From Raillietiella orientalis (lineage: Eukaryota), in assembly GCA_036172245.1 (NCBI GenBank), contig JAYWIR010000005.1, forward strand, positions 3,534,001 through 3,598,000: a DNA stretch of 64,000 nucleotides, given 5' to 3'. Every line of letters starts with the position of its first letter. The first letter of the stretch is position 1. Under the pieces are notes generated by a model. The model searched no databases. It saw nothing but the letters and a program-made list of their open reading frames with translations, and had not been told where the DNA came from. Positions 19,676-33,500 of this stretch are shown here, piece by piece. Position numbers and translations under genes: made by a program.

Positions 19676-22600
19676 TCGAACACCTTGAGGAGATCGACCG
19701 CGACCGCCAAGTCACCTGGCGTTCCCTCCTGCCGTCGGCGCCTGTTTTTCTTGCTCGCGGCAGTGACTTTCGCAGCAGCCTGGCTTTGCTGCGCCACAAC
19801 TTGCTGCAGCTGCATCCATGTACGCGCGAAAAGGATGTTCGCCTCCATGGATCGTCCCAGAACCGCGTAGGTTTGTTCCGGGCTCACCACAGATTCCGCG
19901 ATACTTCCTAACCGCGCGACCCACAGCTTGGAAAACAACTTGACGTCCGAGTTCACCAAGGTGATCGGACGCCAGTTGTTAAGTTGACGCAAGTCTCCGC
20001 CTTTCGGCAGGAGACGCACCTTCGCTGAGCGGAAGGAATCAGGGACATTCCCGGATTCACTCATCAGCGTCGCGAGTTTCTGCATCAAGGGAATGAGCTC
20101 CACTTCAAAGCACTGATAAAACTCTGCAGGGAGCCCATCCTCGCCTGGCGCCTTTCGTCTCTTCAGCCCAGCGATGGCGGACGAAAATTCATCCGCCGTG
20201 AAGTGCTCATTGAGACGTTCGCGTTCCTCCTCGCCGACAACACGATCATCCTCAGACAGGAGTATCTCAGAAAGAATATCCTCCGTCGGGGATTCCGGTA
20301 GAGCGAGGAGTAGTAGCGTCTCACAATGCGGCGTACTTCGGCTGGAGCCCTACATTCCTGGCCCTTGTCGTCAAACTGGCATGCTGCTCCGGACTGCCAG
20401 ACTTGGCGCTCGGCCCTCGCCTTGTACTCTGCGAGACGCCCGACATCCGCGCGTCTCGAAAACGTGCGGGCCTGCAGAAAGTCTCTACTGTTGGCCACGC
20501 CCTCTCCGAAACCGCGTGGAAGCCGCTGCAAGGGGAATTGGCAGCAGAACTCGCGGACAGATCTTTTGAGATCGTCCCAGTCCGCAAGTTCTTGAATGGC
20601 AAAGCCTCGGAGGTATCCACCTAGATGCTCCGCAGACTCCGGTTGGCTAGGTTAATCCGCCTGCATCCTCCAGTTTTGCAACCGAGGCCCCCTGCCAGGC
20701 GGAAGGATCTCAAACTCCAACCTCTGGTGGTTAGAAAGCCTAGTCAACAATCTTCCTCTCCTACCCACACGCGAATGCAGGTTTTTATCGAGGAAAACGT
20801 GATCGATCGATCTTTCCATTCCAGGTTCGCTGGCCATCAAGTTAGCGGCGTGCACGGACGCGCCCATCTCGATGGGCAGCGCGCGCTCCCTCGGGCGGCT
20901 CCAATCGTCGGAGAGCAGGCGGACGTTGAAGTCCCCAGCGACGAGCTGCGCCACTTGGAAGCCGGAGTTGTTGAGCCAGTGGCTCTGCACCTCACCAAAG
21001 AAAGCTACTCTTTCTTCGAGGTAGCAAGAGTCACTCGGCGCGTAGACGTTCGTAACGACGAGATCGATGGACTCGGACCACTTGATGACAAGCTGTCCTA
21101 TCCGTTCGTCGTCATCGAAACGAACACTACGCACCGCTTCCGCCATTTTTCCTCTTACGAGGAACGCGACGCCGCACGTGAGTGCGCCGCCGCACCGCCA
21201 ATGTAGCGTTCCGCCTGCGCGCTCCTCGATTTCGGCTGCCTGCTCGTCGGAGATTACGTGAATCTCCTGCAGGAGCGCGAGGTCGCAGGGACGCAGGGCG
21301 TTGGCTACTAATCGCCTCTTTTCGTCGTTCTGTAGTCCGTTTGCGTTCCAACACGTTACGGACAGACGACGAGAAGACGCGATTCCCCGCATTACTGCTG
21401 GGAAGGTGGCGGCTTTTTGCTCGCTTTATCCGGCAAGCAGACGGCGAGCAGCACGACTGGCTGGAAGGAACGGTCGCCACCGTCCTCCGTCGTGCTGCAT
21501 GCATGTAATGCCTCCACGCCAGGCTTAACCCCGTCGGGTTTCGTGGAGACTTCGCGTTGCTTCGCGGCGAGCGTTGCCTGGCTACCTACTTTTAATCGGC
21601 GCGCACACGCTTTTGAACAAGTTGTCCTCGTCTCGGTGATCGGAACGGCATCTATTTCGGAGTCCGACCGGCGCATGTTCGATCGGGTTTCGGCCTTCCA
21701 CGAAGTAGTGACAGGTTCTGCTGGATTGACAGCTGTCCTGTTTTCGTTTTTTGTCACCAGAGCATCGCTTTTGGTGACGGCTGCTTTCCCGGCGCGCGCG
21801 TTTTCAGCGTGCTCACGCGCAGTTGCACGAGGGACCTTTGCTGAAGTCTTCTTTACTTCATTACGGTTCCTCACTTCGCCTGGCGCCGTAAATGGAGATC
21901 GTGCTCCATTGCCATCTTTGAAGCCATCCGCGTCTTTAAACGGGAGCAGTTTCGATGGCTCCGACACGCTCGTCATGGACGCTGCCTTCGGAAGGGCTTT
22001 TATTCCCTTCGTTGGCATGGCATCCGTGCCAGTCGAGAGCTTGCTCTTCGACTGCGACGGCGTGAGATTTTTCTCCGCTTTCGCGGTGTTGGATCGCGAC
22101 GCGGATTTTTTTTTGCCGACTTTGGAAGTCGACACGGCACAACCCTTCTTACCCGATTTGGGCTTCTCAGCCACTGCAGGAGGTGAAGGAATGGATCCGA
22201 CGGTACTGGAAGTGTCCTTACCGCCGTTGTCCATTGGCGTCCCCGCCAGTTGCTCGAACTCCGAAGGAGCCGGGCGTGCTTGGGAAGGACAGCTATTGCG
22301 CCTAGGGGGACCTACCATTGCCTCGCATTCTCCGCACCCTTTCTTTTGCGACTTCCCTGCCGCGAGTGGGGGCGCGCAGGGCTTCGCGTGCTAGTTTTCC
22401 TGCTGCTTTGGGGCGACATTCCGCTTCGCGTTTTTACGGAATTTCTGCCGTGGGGTCTCCAGGTTTTATCGCATATTTTTTCTTTTTATCCGCGCTTTGT
22501 TTTTTAAGATGGAGCTCCGCGGCTACCTTTTTTCGCAAAAGATCCGGGCAATATTTCAATTGGTGCCCGGATAGTCTGCAATAACGGCATTTTCCAGAGG

Positions 22601-23393
22601 GGCATTTATCCAAACAATGCCCCTCCTTCTTGCATTGCTCGCACGTTCTTACTTTGCCCACGAACCACAGGTGAACGACCGTGTCTTTCACCTGTAGTTT
22701 GGTGGGCAGCAGACGGCGGTCCGGCATTGTAAGCCGGACTCCAGCGACTCCGCTTTGTGTGGACGGGAAGTCCTTGATGTTTCTATGCACCCTCCACAGC
22801 GCATCGACCGTGGCGAATTTCGCCAACGTGTTCCGAATATCAATATACAAGATTTCCGACTCGATGTGGAAAATCTCCGCCACAAATGAGTCGTCCATGG
22901 CGGCCGGGAAGACCTTCTGGCCACGGATCGACAACCGGGTGCGCAGCAAGCGTTGCCCAAGTGCAGCGTTTTTGCAAAGCACCTTGAAATAGCCCATATC
23001 CTTTACGGGCATAATGGCGAGGAGGTCCTCCTCCCGCACGCCAACACGGGTCAGTTCATCGTTGAACTGATTCCCGTCGCGCGCGAAAAGAAAACCACTC
23101 ACCTTATATCGGAGAGCAGGTATATTGCCTTGGGCTACGTATGCCCGCAACTCCGACTCGTCGAGTGGTTTACCTTTCACGGCTGCTGTGGCGGCAACGT
23201 CAGCAAAACTTCTCTCCATTGGCGAGAAAGACGAAGTGAAGGCGGCCGCCGGTTCCGCGATAGCAGATCCGGATGCTGTTCCTCCAGCTTCAGTAGCTTC
23301 GGGTTGAGTCGACATCGCCGTAAAAATGTACGACGCCAAGATGGAGCGGATGAAAGCACGGAGAGGAGAGTGAAGAAAAACACGTCCGCACTC
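19676..23393 (-). mobile_element. Element D1 5' half (ORF1 23315-21392; ORF2 from 21392 to the RT DxxKxFD motif, where A2 interrupts it)
   Basis: 5' GAGTGCGGACGTG; CEQCKKEGHCLDKC and CRYCRLSGHQLKYC; TAATG junction; APE motifs; AVDLLKVFD. Confidence 0.92.
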
Positions 23394-25693
23394 GATTGAA
23401 ATCTCCCACAATCAGGTGAGCCTTCCGCACGTTCGTGTTCGCCAGCCAGTCGCGCTTCAGGGATTCAAGCAGCCTGGTGCCTTCGCTGTATCCCTGTTTA
23501 CCGCTGGGGGCGTACACATTCGTGACGATCAGATCGATCGAGTCGGACCAGCCGAGAGTCAGCTGACCGACCCGACCGTCGTCATCGAAGCGCACGCCCT
23601 TCACGGCAGCGTCGATAGCCGGCTTCACGAAGAACGCGACCCCGCAGGTGTTGCGGAGGCCGCATTGCCAGTACAGCCGACCCCCCGCGATCGTGTCGAT
23701 CTCCTGGACGTCTGCCGCGGTGATCACGTGGATCTCCTGCAACAGGGCCAGGTCGAACTCCCGCAGGGTGTCGGCTGTATCTCGCCTGTTACCGTCGTCG
23801 CGCAGCCCGTTGACATTGCAACAGGCCGCGCGAGTCCGACGGCGACTGGCGAGTTCAGAAGTTTCTCCTAGGAAGATGGCAATGCGGCGTCCGCCACCTG
23901 CTGGGGTGGGACGCTAGGTGGAGGAGGAGGGTCAGGTGCTGAAGGCACCTGGTCCCCCTCCTCCATAGGTAGCGGCGCGTCGAGCGGGTCACCCACAGGT
24001 GGGGTCGCGCCTATCTGTTCGCCCTCCTCGATGTGGGCGGGCTGTTCAGAGTCGGCGCCTGCAGGGAGGACTTCACCCTCCTCCATGGGGGTGGCCGGTT
24101 CGACGGCTTCCGGGCGTGAGAATTCCTCCTCCGAACTTCCCACGCTGGTGACGGCTTCCGTCTTCTCCTCCTCGCTGGTGGAGGGGAGGCGCCTCCTGGG
24201 CTTCTGGGAATATCGTTCCGACTTCCTGGGGGGTGCCTCCGAGGAGAAGGATGTACTTCCGGCCCCCGGGTCTAACTCAACTGTGGGGGCCTTCTTCGCA
24301 GGAACCGGCCTTCGCACGTCCTTGCGCGAAGGGTTCTCACGCTCGGCCAGCGTGACCGCGAGCTCCTCCTCCGCCTGCGCGAACGCGGCGTCCGCGGCTT
24401 CGACCGCCGCTATGTCACGCGGCTCACCCTCTGTGTAAACAGAGGGTTCGCCGTCGCGAGCCTCGGCCGCGACGGAAACGGCAAGGAGAGGATCGTTGCT
24501 CCGGGTGGCAACCTCGGGAACGACGATTCGTTCCAGTGCCACCGTGCACTCGCGCAGAGTTTTCGAGCGCGGACCGGGTTTTTTCGGCTTACCGGCCGTC
24601 TTGCGCTCTTTGCTCTCCGCGGGTGGGAGTTTCTTTGGCTTTCTGACCTCTTCATGCTGCCATCCCTCTTCGCCTTCCACCGTTTCAGAAGGTTTATCCT
24701 CCGGCTTACGCGCCAAAGGTTGAGGTGTTGGCAGCTTGTGCTGGCCGTTTACCACTTTAGGTCTAGAGACCTTTGAAGCGCGTTTCCCCTGCGGTTTTTT
24801 CGCGGCAGGGGGAACTGGGGTGGGGCGTTTGGGGCACACGCGCTAAACGTGGCCCCGCTCCCCGCACAAATGGCATTGTATATTGGGACACCTTTTACGT
24901 AGGTGTCCCACGGTATCACAATGCCCGCAATACCGGGGCTTTCCTACATACCACAGGTCGACGTTTTCTTGCGCCACCTGTAGTTTGTGGGGAAGCCCAC
25001 AATTCTCCCTTACGGTGACCCGCGCTGCCGCCTGCCCACCAAAAAGGCTATCGAAGCCGTCGAAAATGGAGGGTTTCGGCCACAGTGCGTGCACCTCACC
25101 GTACTTTCGCTGTTCCTCACCAACCGCTGACCGCGTTATGCGGCTGGTGATGCCAGTCATGTGGACCACCACGGAGCGGTCCATTGATACTGGCAGGATC
25201 TTGCGGCCGTCTACGTTCAGCGGCGCATGGATTAGGCGGTGAGCCAAGGTGACATCTTTGCAGACCACCTCGACCCGCTGCCCGCCGCTGAGGACGGAGA
25301 GGCCGTCCAGATCCTTCTCAGTGACATTCGCGTCCTTCAACGCTTTGCTGAAGGCGCGCGCTGTCCGTCCGTCGAACAAGTTGCCTACCTGGTAGACAAG
25401 CGATGGCTTGTACCCGGAGGCCTTGTATGCGGCCATCTCCGTCATGGCTTCTGCGCTGGGCGCGGCCACCATTGCGCTCCATGTCTTCGGCGTGGCCGGG
25501 GATGATTCCGGGGCGGCTGCCCCTGCTCCAGTAGGCTGTGGGGGCGTAATAGCCTCCCCCACTCCCACCTCCATCGCGGTGTCCTCTGGCGTCGTGGCCA
25601 TTGGACACCGACGATGTACACAAAACACCACACACAAGAAAGCGCTTTCCTACTACTCTTTGAGGAGTGAAGGAAAAACACGTCCTCCAACTA
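23394..25693 (-). mobile_element. Element F1 5' part (ORF1 25601-~23865; EN up to GDFN, where D1 interrupts it)
   Basis: 5' GGAGGACGTGTTTTT; CGHCDTVGHLRKRC; LQEIH...NVYAP...AHLIVGDFN. Confidence 0.9.
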
Positions 25694-25891
25694 GCCTAGG
25701 AAGGGGCTGGCTGCAACGAAACTGCCAGCTTCTCCGCTGCTCGCGCGAAGGCTACGTCATCGATGGTGGTGTCGATGACGGACGCCGCCGCCGGCTCGCT
25801 CCCCTCGCTGTTGACAGAGTCAGCAGAGAAGAGGTCGTCGGTAGCAACGAGTTCTTTTTCGCAGCTGTCGGGAATACACTCGACGACAACG
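25694..25891 (-). mobile_element. Family A ORF1 fragment (A2-like subtype), bounded by the F1 and G insertions
   Basis: VVVECIPDSCEKELVATDD...SEGSEPAAASVIDTTIDDVAFARAAE matches A ORF1. Confidence 0.85.
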
Positions 25892-27660
25892 GCCGCACGG
25901 ACGTGTTCTGTGTTGCCCCACGAGCGTGATTCCTTGCCGTATTTATGTGTGTGGTGTGCCCGAGTGCGTCCACTGGGATGTCCACGGAGCCCCTGCAGCA
26001 AACGATGAATGTGGAGGCCGCTACTGGCAGTAAAGACTCTACTCCAGATGTCCGGTCCGCCTCTGATTCTTGTGTCTCGCCACCGGCGAGAAGCTTCGCC
26101 ACCGTCGTCAAGGCGGCGGCAGCCAACGGAGCACCGCCCGACGAAGCGGAGCTGCAGGCATATGCAGCTTATGGCTACAAGCCTGCGCTGTGCTATCCGA
26201 TGAGTGCTGCGAAATCCGACGGGGTCGGAGAAAACCTTTGGGATGAGCTTTTGCTCGTCCGGGTCCGACAGGACGACCTGCTGGCCGTCATGCCGGTTAA
26301 CGCGCTCGGACACTGGGAGGTGCACTGCAAAGAAGCATCCCTAGTCCAGCGCCTTCTCCGATCCCCGCTAAATGTCCACGGGAAGGAGGTCGTCCCGTCG
26401 GCCATGGACCAGTCGTTCGTGGTCCGATTGTCCGCCGTCCAGGTGAACACGCCCGATCGCGTGCTCGTCGCTGCACTTACTGCAATCGCCACGGTGCACG
26501 CGCTGTGGAGAGCAGACAATCCGATCAAAAGGATTGCATCTCTCCACAGCGGACTTTCCATGGCGCGTGTCACCATAGCGGATAGGAGGCAAATGCCTCC
26601 GCACTTGCAGGTGGGCGATGCGATCGTCCACCTTAAATTTGCCGTTCAGCGACCGGCTTGCGGCATTTGCGGTGCAGAGGGCCACCGTCCGTGTACGTGC
26701 CCTTCACGCAACTGCCGCTATTGTAAACAGCTCGGCCACTCCATCAAAGAGTGCGCCAAGCTGAAGAGAAAGCGGCAGGCGAAAAGCCGTCAACAATCGA
26801 CCCCGTCCGCGCCGAAAAGATCTTCCGTTGTGCCACAGATGAAATCGGGCGCGAAGATGGGGCATCTTCGAGTGGCGGTCCCGCGAAAAAGGGCACGGTT
26901 GCTTCAGGGAAGCCACCATCCCAGACAGCCGCGCAGACGGGAAAGATGCCACGTCGCCCTGGGGGCAAATCTCCCCCTCCGAAGCAGCCTATGAGTGCGG
27001 GTACGCACTCAATCAAGGTTGCTGAACCGTCGGCGTCCATTTCCGCGTGCAGCGGAACACACGGGAAACGTGCGCGGGCACTCTCGTAGCTGCTTGTGAA
27101 CGGCAGTCTCCTCCTACGGCGGTGGAGATCACGTCTTCCACGCCGAAGGCACGAGCAGCGAAGGCTGCAATAGCGCCTCGCGGGACGACGGCAATGACCG
27201 CCGTTTCGCCCGCATCGGCTAAGGAGCAGGTGCAGTGCGTAACGGGGACGGAGCCGTCTCCCGGCGCGAGCGCGAAACGTGAGCCGGCATCTCCGGTCAA
27301 ACAATTGAGGGAGGCGTCGGCCTCCCAGGAGGGCGTCCCCGACGCGGGCTGGACTCGCGTCTCCAGGACGCCCACATAGGGGAAGAAGAAGGTTCACCCT
27401 TGAATATTCCCCATCCTTAAGGTGGGTGGGAGGCAAAAGAGAAGCACGCCGAAGAAGGTGCGTACCGAGGTACGCACTACGGCGGCGTGCTCTGTCGCCG
27501 TCGCTCCGCGCGAGAGGGCGGCTGCGGAAGCCAAAGCTCCGGAAGCTGCGTTGGCGAATGCGACGATCCCCGCGCGGGCAGGGCAAGCCTCCACCTGCCG
27601 AAACAAAAAGAGACTCGCAAAACGCCAGTCTCGCGCCAGGAACGCAGTCCGGGCACACTG
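25892..27660 (+). mobile_element. Element G 5' end and ORF1 (ATG 25978), 3'-truncated and frameshifted
   Basis: 5' GGACGTGTT at 25899; CGICGAEGHRPCTC and CRYCKQLGHSIKEC; homologous to D and H ORF1. Confidence 0.85.
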
Positions 27661-28895
27661 AGATTTCGGAACGGGAGGGGCAGGGACAATAAATAAATAA
27701 ATTGGGTGGAAGGGCGGAGATAGGGGTATACAGTCTGACCGTAGCTATTCTCAGAACCGGAAGTAGATGCCGCGGATCTTCGTCCTCACTTCTGCTCCCA
27801 GGTGTGGCCACCCGGCAGCCATTTGCAGGTTGCAGGCTGCGGTGTCGGGGAGCGAGTAGGGAGGGGGACAAACAAAAAAGAGGGGACGGAGGAGGGGGCA
27901 ACGAAAATGTTCCACACGAAGGCTCGTTCCGACAGGAGAAACCTGCCGCCTTGGAACGGGCCCAGAGCAGTCTCGGCCTTGTGAAGGCAGTCCGACCACG
28001 CTTCTGCTGGACAGAAGGCGCCCAAGGGAACGCCGAGGTACTTCAAGCACCTGCCCGTGGAGATCCCCAGGCGGATCCAGTCGGACTGTTCCTCCCACGT
28101 AAAGCCAATCGGTGCAACGGTTGATTCCGTCCTGTTGACGCTCAGGCTCGCTCCCCGACGAATGAGTTCGAAGTCCTCGAGCCTGGACGCAGGGGTGGAC
28201 ATGGGCAGCAGCAGGAGAAGGTCGTCAGCATAGGTGGCCACGGCTGGTGATCCCAGGCAGGACCTCGGCAGGTTGGCCAGCGTCAGCGTGTACGCGCTCA
28301 GCACCAACTCAAAGAAGACGCTGAAGAGCAGGGGGCTTAAGCTGTCTCCCTGCCTGATATTCCGCCGTATGGGAATGCCGTACACGTGGCGCCCGCTAAA
28401 AGAGATACAGCATAACGCGTGGCGCCAGCAGGAGCGCAAGTAGGCGATGAGGTGCGTCGGGAGGCCTAGGCGTCCCAGAAGCTCCAGAAGGAGGTGCTGG
28501 TTTACGCTGTCGAACGCTTTGCAGAGATCGACGGCGACCGCTAAGGCTCCCGGCGTTTTATCCTGCCTTGAACACCGCGGCTTACCTTTGGCAGCGGCGA
28601 TTTCGGCTGCCTGGTTCTGCTGCGCCACGCGCTGCTGCAACTCGAACCATGTTCGCGCGAAGAAGAGATTCGCGTCCATGGACCACCCCGGAACAGCATA
28701 CGTCTGCTCCGGACTTACCAAGGATTCCGCGATTCTCCCCAGGCGCGCGCCCCTTAGCCTGGAGAACAACTTGACGTTTGAATTCACCAAGGTGATAGGA
28801 CGCCAGTTGCTGAGGTGGCGCAAAACACCGCCTTTCGGCAGGAGCCGCATTTTTGCTGAGCGGAAAGAAGCGGGAACCCGTATCACGCATCAGCG
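27661..28895 (-). mobile_element. Element M, RT fragment with an internal deletion and partial 3'UTR
   Basis: WRPITLVNS, DLCKAFD, QGDSLSP, YADD, KYLGV; jumps from VCPPPYS straight to the last ~30 codons (WPHL...FRF*). Confidence 0.88.
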
Positions 28896-30398
28896 AAGGT
28901 CACGTACGGACGTGCTTCTGCGTCGCTTCGCGGTAGATTGGCCCTTGTGTGTTTTTGTTCTGCTGTGCTTCTGTGCTGCAATGGGAGCAAAGAAGAACAT
29001 CAGCCGCAAGAAGGGAACGCCACCTGCTCCTCAAATGGCTGCTTCGGCTGCCAGCAAGGAGCCTCTGTCCTCGCCGACGGCGAAGACATTCGCCCAGGTC
29101 GCTGCCCTCGCGGCTACGATGGGACCTTCGCCCGACAGCTCTGAGCTTCAGGCGTATGTAGCAAATGGCTACACGTCTGCACTCAGGTATAAGGTAAGTG
29201 TCCTTATGCCTGAGCGGGTTGGGCGCGAGTATGGCCAGGAACTCCAACGGATTGGAGTTCAAAAAGGCCAACTGGAGTCCATCATGCCAATGAGTGGGTG
29301 CAGCTACTGGGAGGTGTCCAGTAAGGACGCTCTCCTTACGCAGCGTTTGCTGCACACGCCGCTGCTCATTCGTGGGCAGGAGATACTCCCTGTCACAACG
29401 GACCAGTCGTTCGTTGTCCGGCTCAGTGGAGTGTGTAAGGGCCATTCGGACCGTCAGGTCGTGGAGGCCCTTGAAAAATTCGCTACCGTCCACGCGCTTT
29501 GGAGACTGCCAAACCCTGCTGAAGGGTTCGAAGACCACCACAGCGGGCTCGCGCAAGTGCGAGTGACGATGACGGATCGCCGTGCAATGCCCACGCGACT
29601 GCAGGTGGATGGAATGACCGTCCGCCTGTGGTAGGTAGGGCCCGTGTGTAGGGCAAACGCGTGTATGCGCGGAATGCGGGCAGGAGGGTCACCGCATTAC
29701 GAAGTGTCCCTCGGCCGCTTGCCGTTACTGCCACGAGCACGGGCACACTAAAGGAACGTGCCCGGAGCTCCTTTTAAAAAACGAAAAGCGCAGGAACGAA
29801 TCGCGTTCCGCATTGCGGAATAATCGCCGCGAATCGAGAGAAAGAAACATCAAAGCTCCAAAAAGCGTTGCGAAAACCGCGACCACGCACGTGCAGAAAA
29901 CTGTTTCTCGCCCCCACAAAGAAGGGGTGAAAAACAAAAAAACTCGTCGCGGCAAAGCCTCCGGCTATAGACCCGAAGGAAGCTCGCGAAGAATGCGACC
30001 TTTCTACGAGACCTCGCAGCCAATTGTTGAATGCAAGAGACATTGTGCCGAAGGTCAAAGAGCCTCGTACTGTCGGCATCACGACCGCGAAGCCTCGTAC
30101 CAAGGCCTCGACGAGCGGCGCGGAATGCGGTTGTTCGCCCGATACGGGAAAAACGCGCCCGCGGTCAAAGAACACCGCGCCGTGTGAAGCTACCGCGGCC
30201 AAGGTGCCCCAGGCCAGGAGTGCCGCGAAGAAACAGCCGGCAAACCCGCAGTCCTCGCGTGCGGACGCAGCGCCTACTGCGGCCAAGGAAGAAACTGCTA
30301 GGGCGAGCACAACCACTACAGCAGTGCCCCCAACGGTCGCAAAGGCAACGCGCGAACCCTCCGATCTGGAGGAGGCAGCGCCTCTCGCGATCGCTAGG
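28896..30398 (+). mobile_element. Element H 5' end and ORF1 (ATG 28981), disrupted and truncated by J
   Basis: 5' GGACGTGCTT at 28908; ELQAYVANGY..LRYKVS; knuckles CAECGQEGHRITKC and CRYCHEHGH. Confidence 0.85.
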
Positions 30399-30534
30399 TT
30401 TCCCCAAGTCCCACAAGGGGTGGGTTAAGTTTATTTTTTTCTATAAAAATACAATATTTACATTCGCACTCCCATTCACTCAATACAAACATTTTGCACT
30501 TGGGGGTTCTTGGGTTGCACTAGAGTTCTGCTTT

Positions 30535-33500
30535 TCAGGGGGGAATTCCAGCTGGATGGTCCCGGGCGTTCTCCTGGATCCTCTTCAGGATGAATCGGTA
30601 CATCCAGGCGTGGATCTTCCCGCAGTTCCTGATGCCGATTTCCCTCTTCAAGAGCCCTTGTAGGATCTCCATCGGTGGTGCGGCTCTCCTGGCTTTCCTC
30701 ATTTTCCACCACCGCACAAGTATGGCGGTGATGAAGAGGGCTATGGTCGTCCTCACCATGGGATTGTAACAGGGAACATTACCATCCCCATGAAACATCC
30801 CGGCGAGGATCTCCATAACGGACTCGTTGGTAAGTCCTATGCTCCTTTTCAGGATCAGCCATTCATGCAGCAGTGTGGGACACGTCAAGACGTGAAGTCT
30901 CGTGTCGTCGTCTCCACATGCTGCGCAGTCTCGATCTTCCCGTCTTCCTGTAAAGTACTGCAATCAGGACCCACTCTGGATTTCTCCGTGATAAAACATC
31001 AGGAGGTCATCCTGGGTGTCCGGCGGAAGGTCACTCCTCCAGAGCGTCGTGCCGATCGCTAACAGGTTGAACCGTTCACTCCCGTAGCGTTCGGTGGCCT
31101 CCTGGAGGGCACTGGTGTCACGGTCGTTTCCTTGGATAAGCCTTCGGAGGTTTGTTCTGGTTACCCTCGACCATGCGAAGTCGTTGTGGTTGAACCACAC
31201 TTCGCGGGTCCTGTGGGTAAACCTTTCTAACATCATCTCTGTATACCGAAGTATACGAGTTTGATGTAGGTAGCCTCCTCGCCTCCACTCCTGGATTTGC
31301 AGTAGGGTAACTCTGGACCGCTGGTAGAATCAGCTTTTCGTGTCCGGCGGGACAGGAAGCATCCAAGGGATCACCAGGATGGACTCGTCCTGCCAGAGTT
31401 CCCTGCTTCGCGGCACGATCTTGATTTGGTGCTTCCGCACCAGCCGTTGCTTCCTCCTCCAGGTCGGGTCGATTGTTATCCATTCCCCTACTTCGCCTAG
31501 CAGCGCAGTCATCAGGCCTTTCGAGTTGTTAAGCAACAACGCGTAGGCCCTGTGCGCCGCATACGGCCAGTCATCCCAGTGAGTGGCAATGTCCAGGATG
31601 TGTCGCGTATCCATGATTTCCATGGAATGTGCAAGCGACTTCATCCCGGAACCGCCTTCTTCCCTGGGACGACACAGGGATTTCAGTCTTACTCTTGGGC
31701 GATAGTGGCCCCAGAGTGTTTTTCTTTGCAGCTTGTCGAACTCCCTAGTAGTGTCCTTGTTCATCCTCGCGAAGGCCGCCCCGAAGAGCACTTTCGGAAG
31801 GAGTACTCCGTTTCATATGTTGGCCTTTCGCTTCATCCCAAGGTCGGTTCGGGTGTACTTGGCTGCTTCCTTGGCCGTTTTCCCCAGGATTTCCTTCCAC
31901 AGCAGCTTCGACGCAGAGTCGTCGCCGATGTAGACTCCCAGGTACTTGGCCGTGTCCACCGTACGGAATCCACTACCCGTTAGAGCGGAGAGGTTCAGGA
32001 TTCCGACGGGCAAAAGCTGGCTCTTCTGGGAATTGATTTTTAAGCCCAAGCCCTGTTCCATCAGGTCCACCACATCCAGAAACGCACGCTGATTTTTCTC
32101 TCCTTTGATGAAGAAGAGTAGATCATCGGCGTATGCCAGATGGGTAAGACGCTGGCCATCGATGGTAATCCTGCTCAGTCGTCCGCTCTTCTCGATAAAG
32201 GACAACAACGCCTCCATATAGATGACGAACAGCATCGGACTTAGCGAGTCGCCCTGTCGGACTCCTCGTTTCATCCTGATTGCTGCCGTCTCCTGGTCGT
32301 TGATCTTGATCCGGCAGTACTGGTTCTGGAGTACCGCCCTCACGAAGTTGCTGAAGTGTTCCGGAAGCCCTAGCTTCTCCAGAACCTTCAGCAGCATCCC
32401 GTGGTCGATGGAGTCGAAAGCCTTCTCCATGTCAGTGAACACCAGCACCAGGTTCTCGCCGACGTATCGACTGAGTCCAACAGTGGCCTGGGCACACTTG
32501 ACATTGTCCGACATGTGTCGTCCTGGGACTGCACATGTCTGGACCGGAAAGATCAGCCTCCACATGACCTTGCCTAAGCGGTTGGACCAGATCTTCGCCA
32601 ACCACTTGGCATCGGAGTTTAGGATCGAGATTGGCCTCCATTGGGCGATCTGGGTAGAGTCGCCTCCTTTCGGCAGCAATCTCATCCGACTCTCGTAGAA
32701 GGACTGAGGTAGTCTGCCTTCTTTCCGGATGCAGAGGGTCAACTGGTGGAACAAGCGCAGGTAGGCGTGCAGGTACCGCTGATAGTGCGTGATGGGTACA
32801 CTGTCAGGGCCCGCTACCACGTCCTTGCGAAGTTGCACAAACGCAGTCTTCACCTCTTCTTCGGAGAACTCCTCCTCCAGTCTGTTCCGCTGGAGGTCGT
32901 AGGTCCTCTTCTCGAGATAGCTCAGGAAGGCCTGTTGACTAGAGCGACACAGATGTTGTCGCCTGAAGTGTTTCGTGTAATGCCTGTGAAAGGCATCCAC
33001 GATGTCCTCAGACGACTGTCGCTTTTGGCCGTCGTACTGGATGCAGAAGATATCTGTTGCCAGATTTCTCTTCTCCAGCATGCCGACTTCCCCTTTTATG
33101 TTATTGAGGACATACCGACTCTCGTACTGATCGAAGTACTTTGAGAGGGAGCGATCTTGGATGTTCAGCTCCCGGTACGCCTCTTGCCTCAAGCGCCTAT
33201 CCCCGAACTGCATGTTCGCAAACAGGTGTATCCTGTGTTTCAGGCTGTCCCAGTCGGCGACTCTTCGGATTGTTGTTGCCCTCAGAATTGCCTCCAGGAC
33301 AGCCTGAAGTCCGGGATGGGTTTCGAACCAGGCGGGCATGCTGATGAGCGCCGCCCTGGTGCCTTGCCTTCGCCGAGGATTCTCCGTTCTTAGGGAAAAC
33401 CGCACCAGGGGTGATCGGACGCCGTAGTCATAGTGTCGCGAAACCCCTGGATGCGGTTCCCAAGTTCGGTGCTGTGCAGGACGTGATCGATCGGCTTGTG

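Noticed and set aside
19676..25891. Simple inverted segmental duplication of 42680-48925
   Set aside because: The host A fragments belong to different indel subtypes, which favours independent targeted insertions. Not fully excluded without divergence calculations
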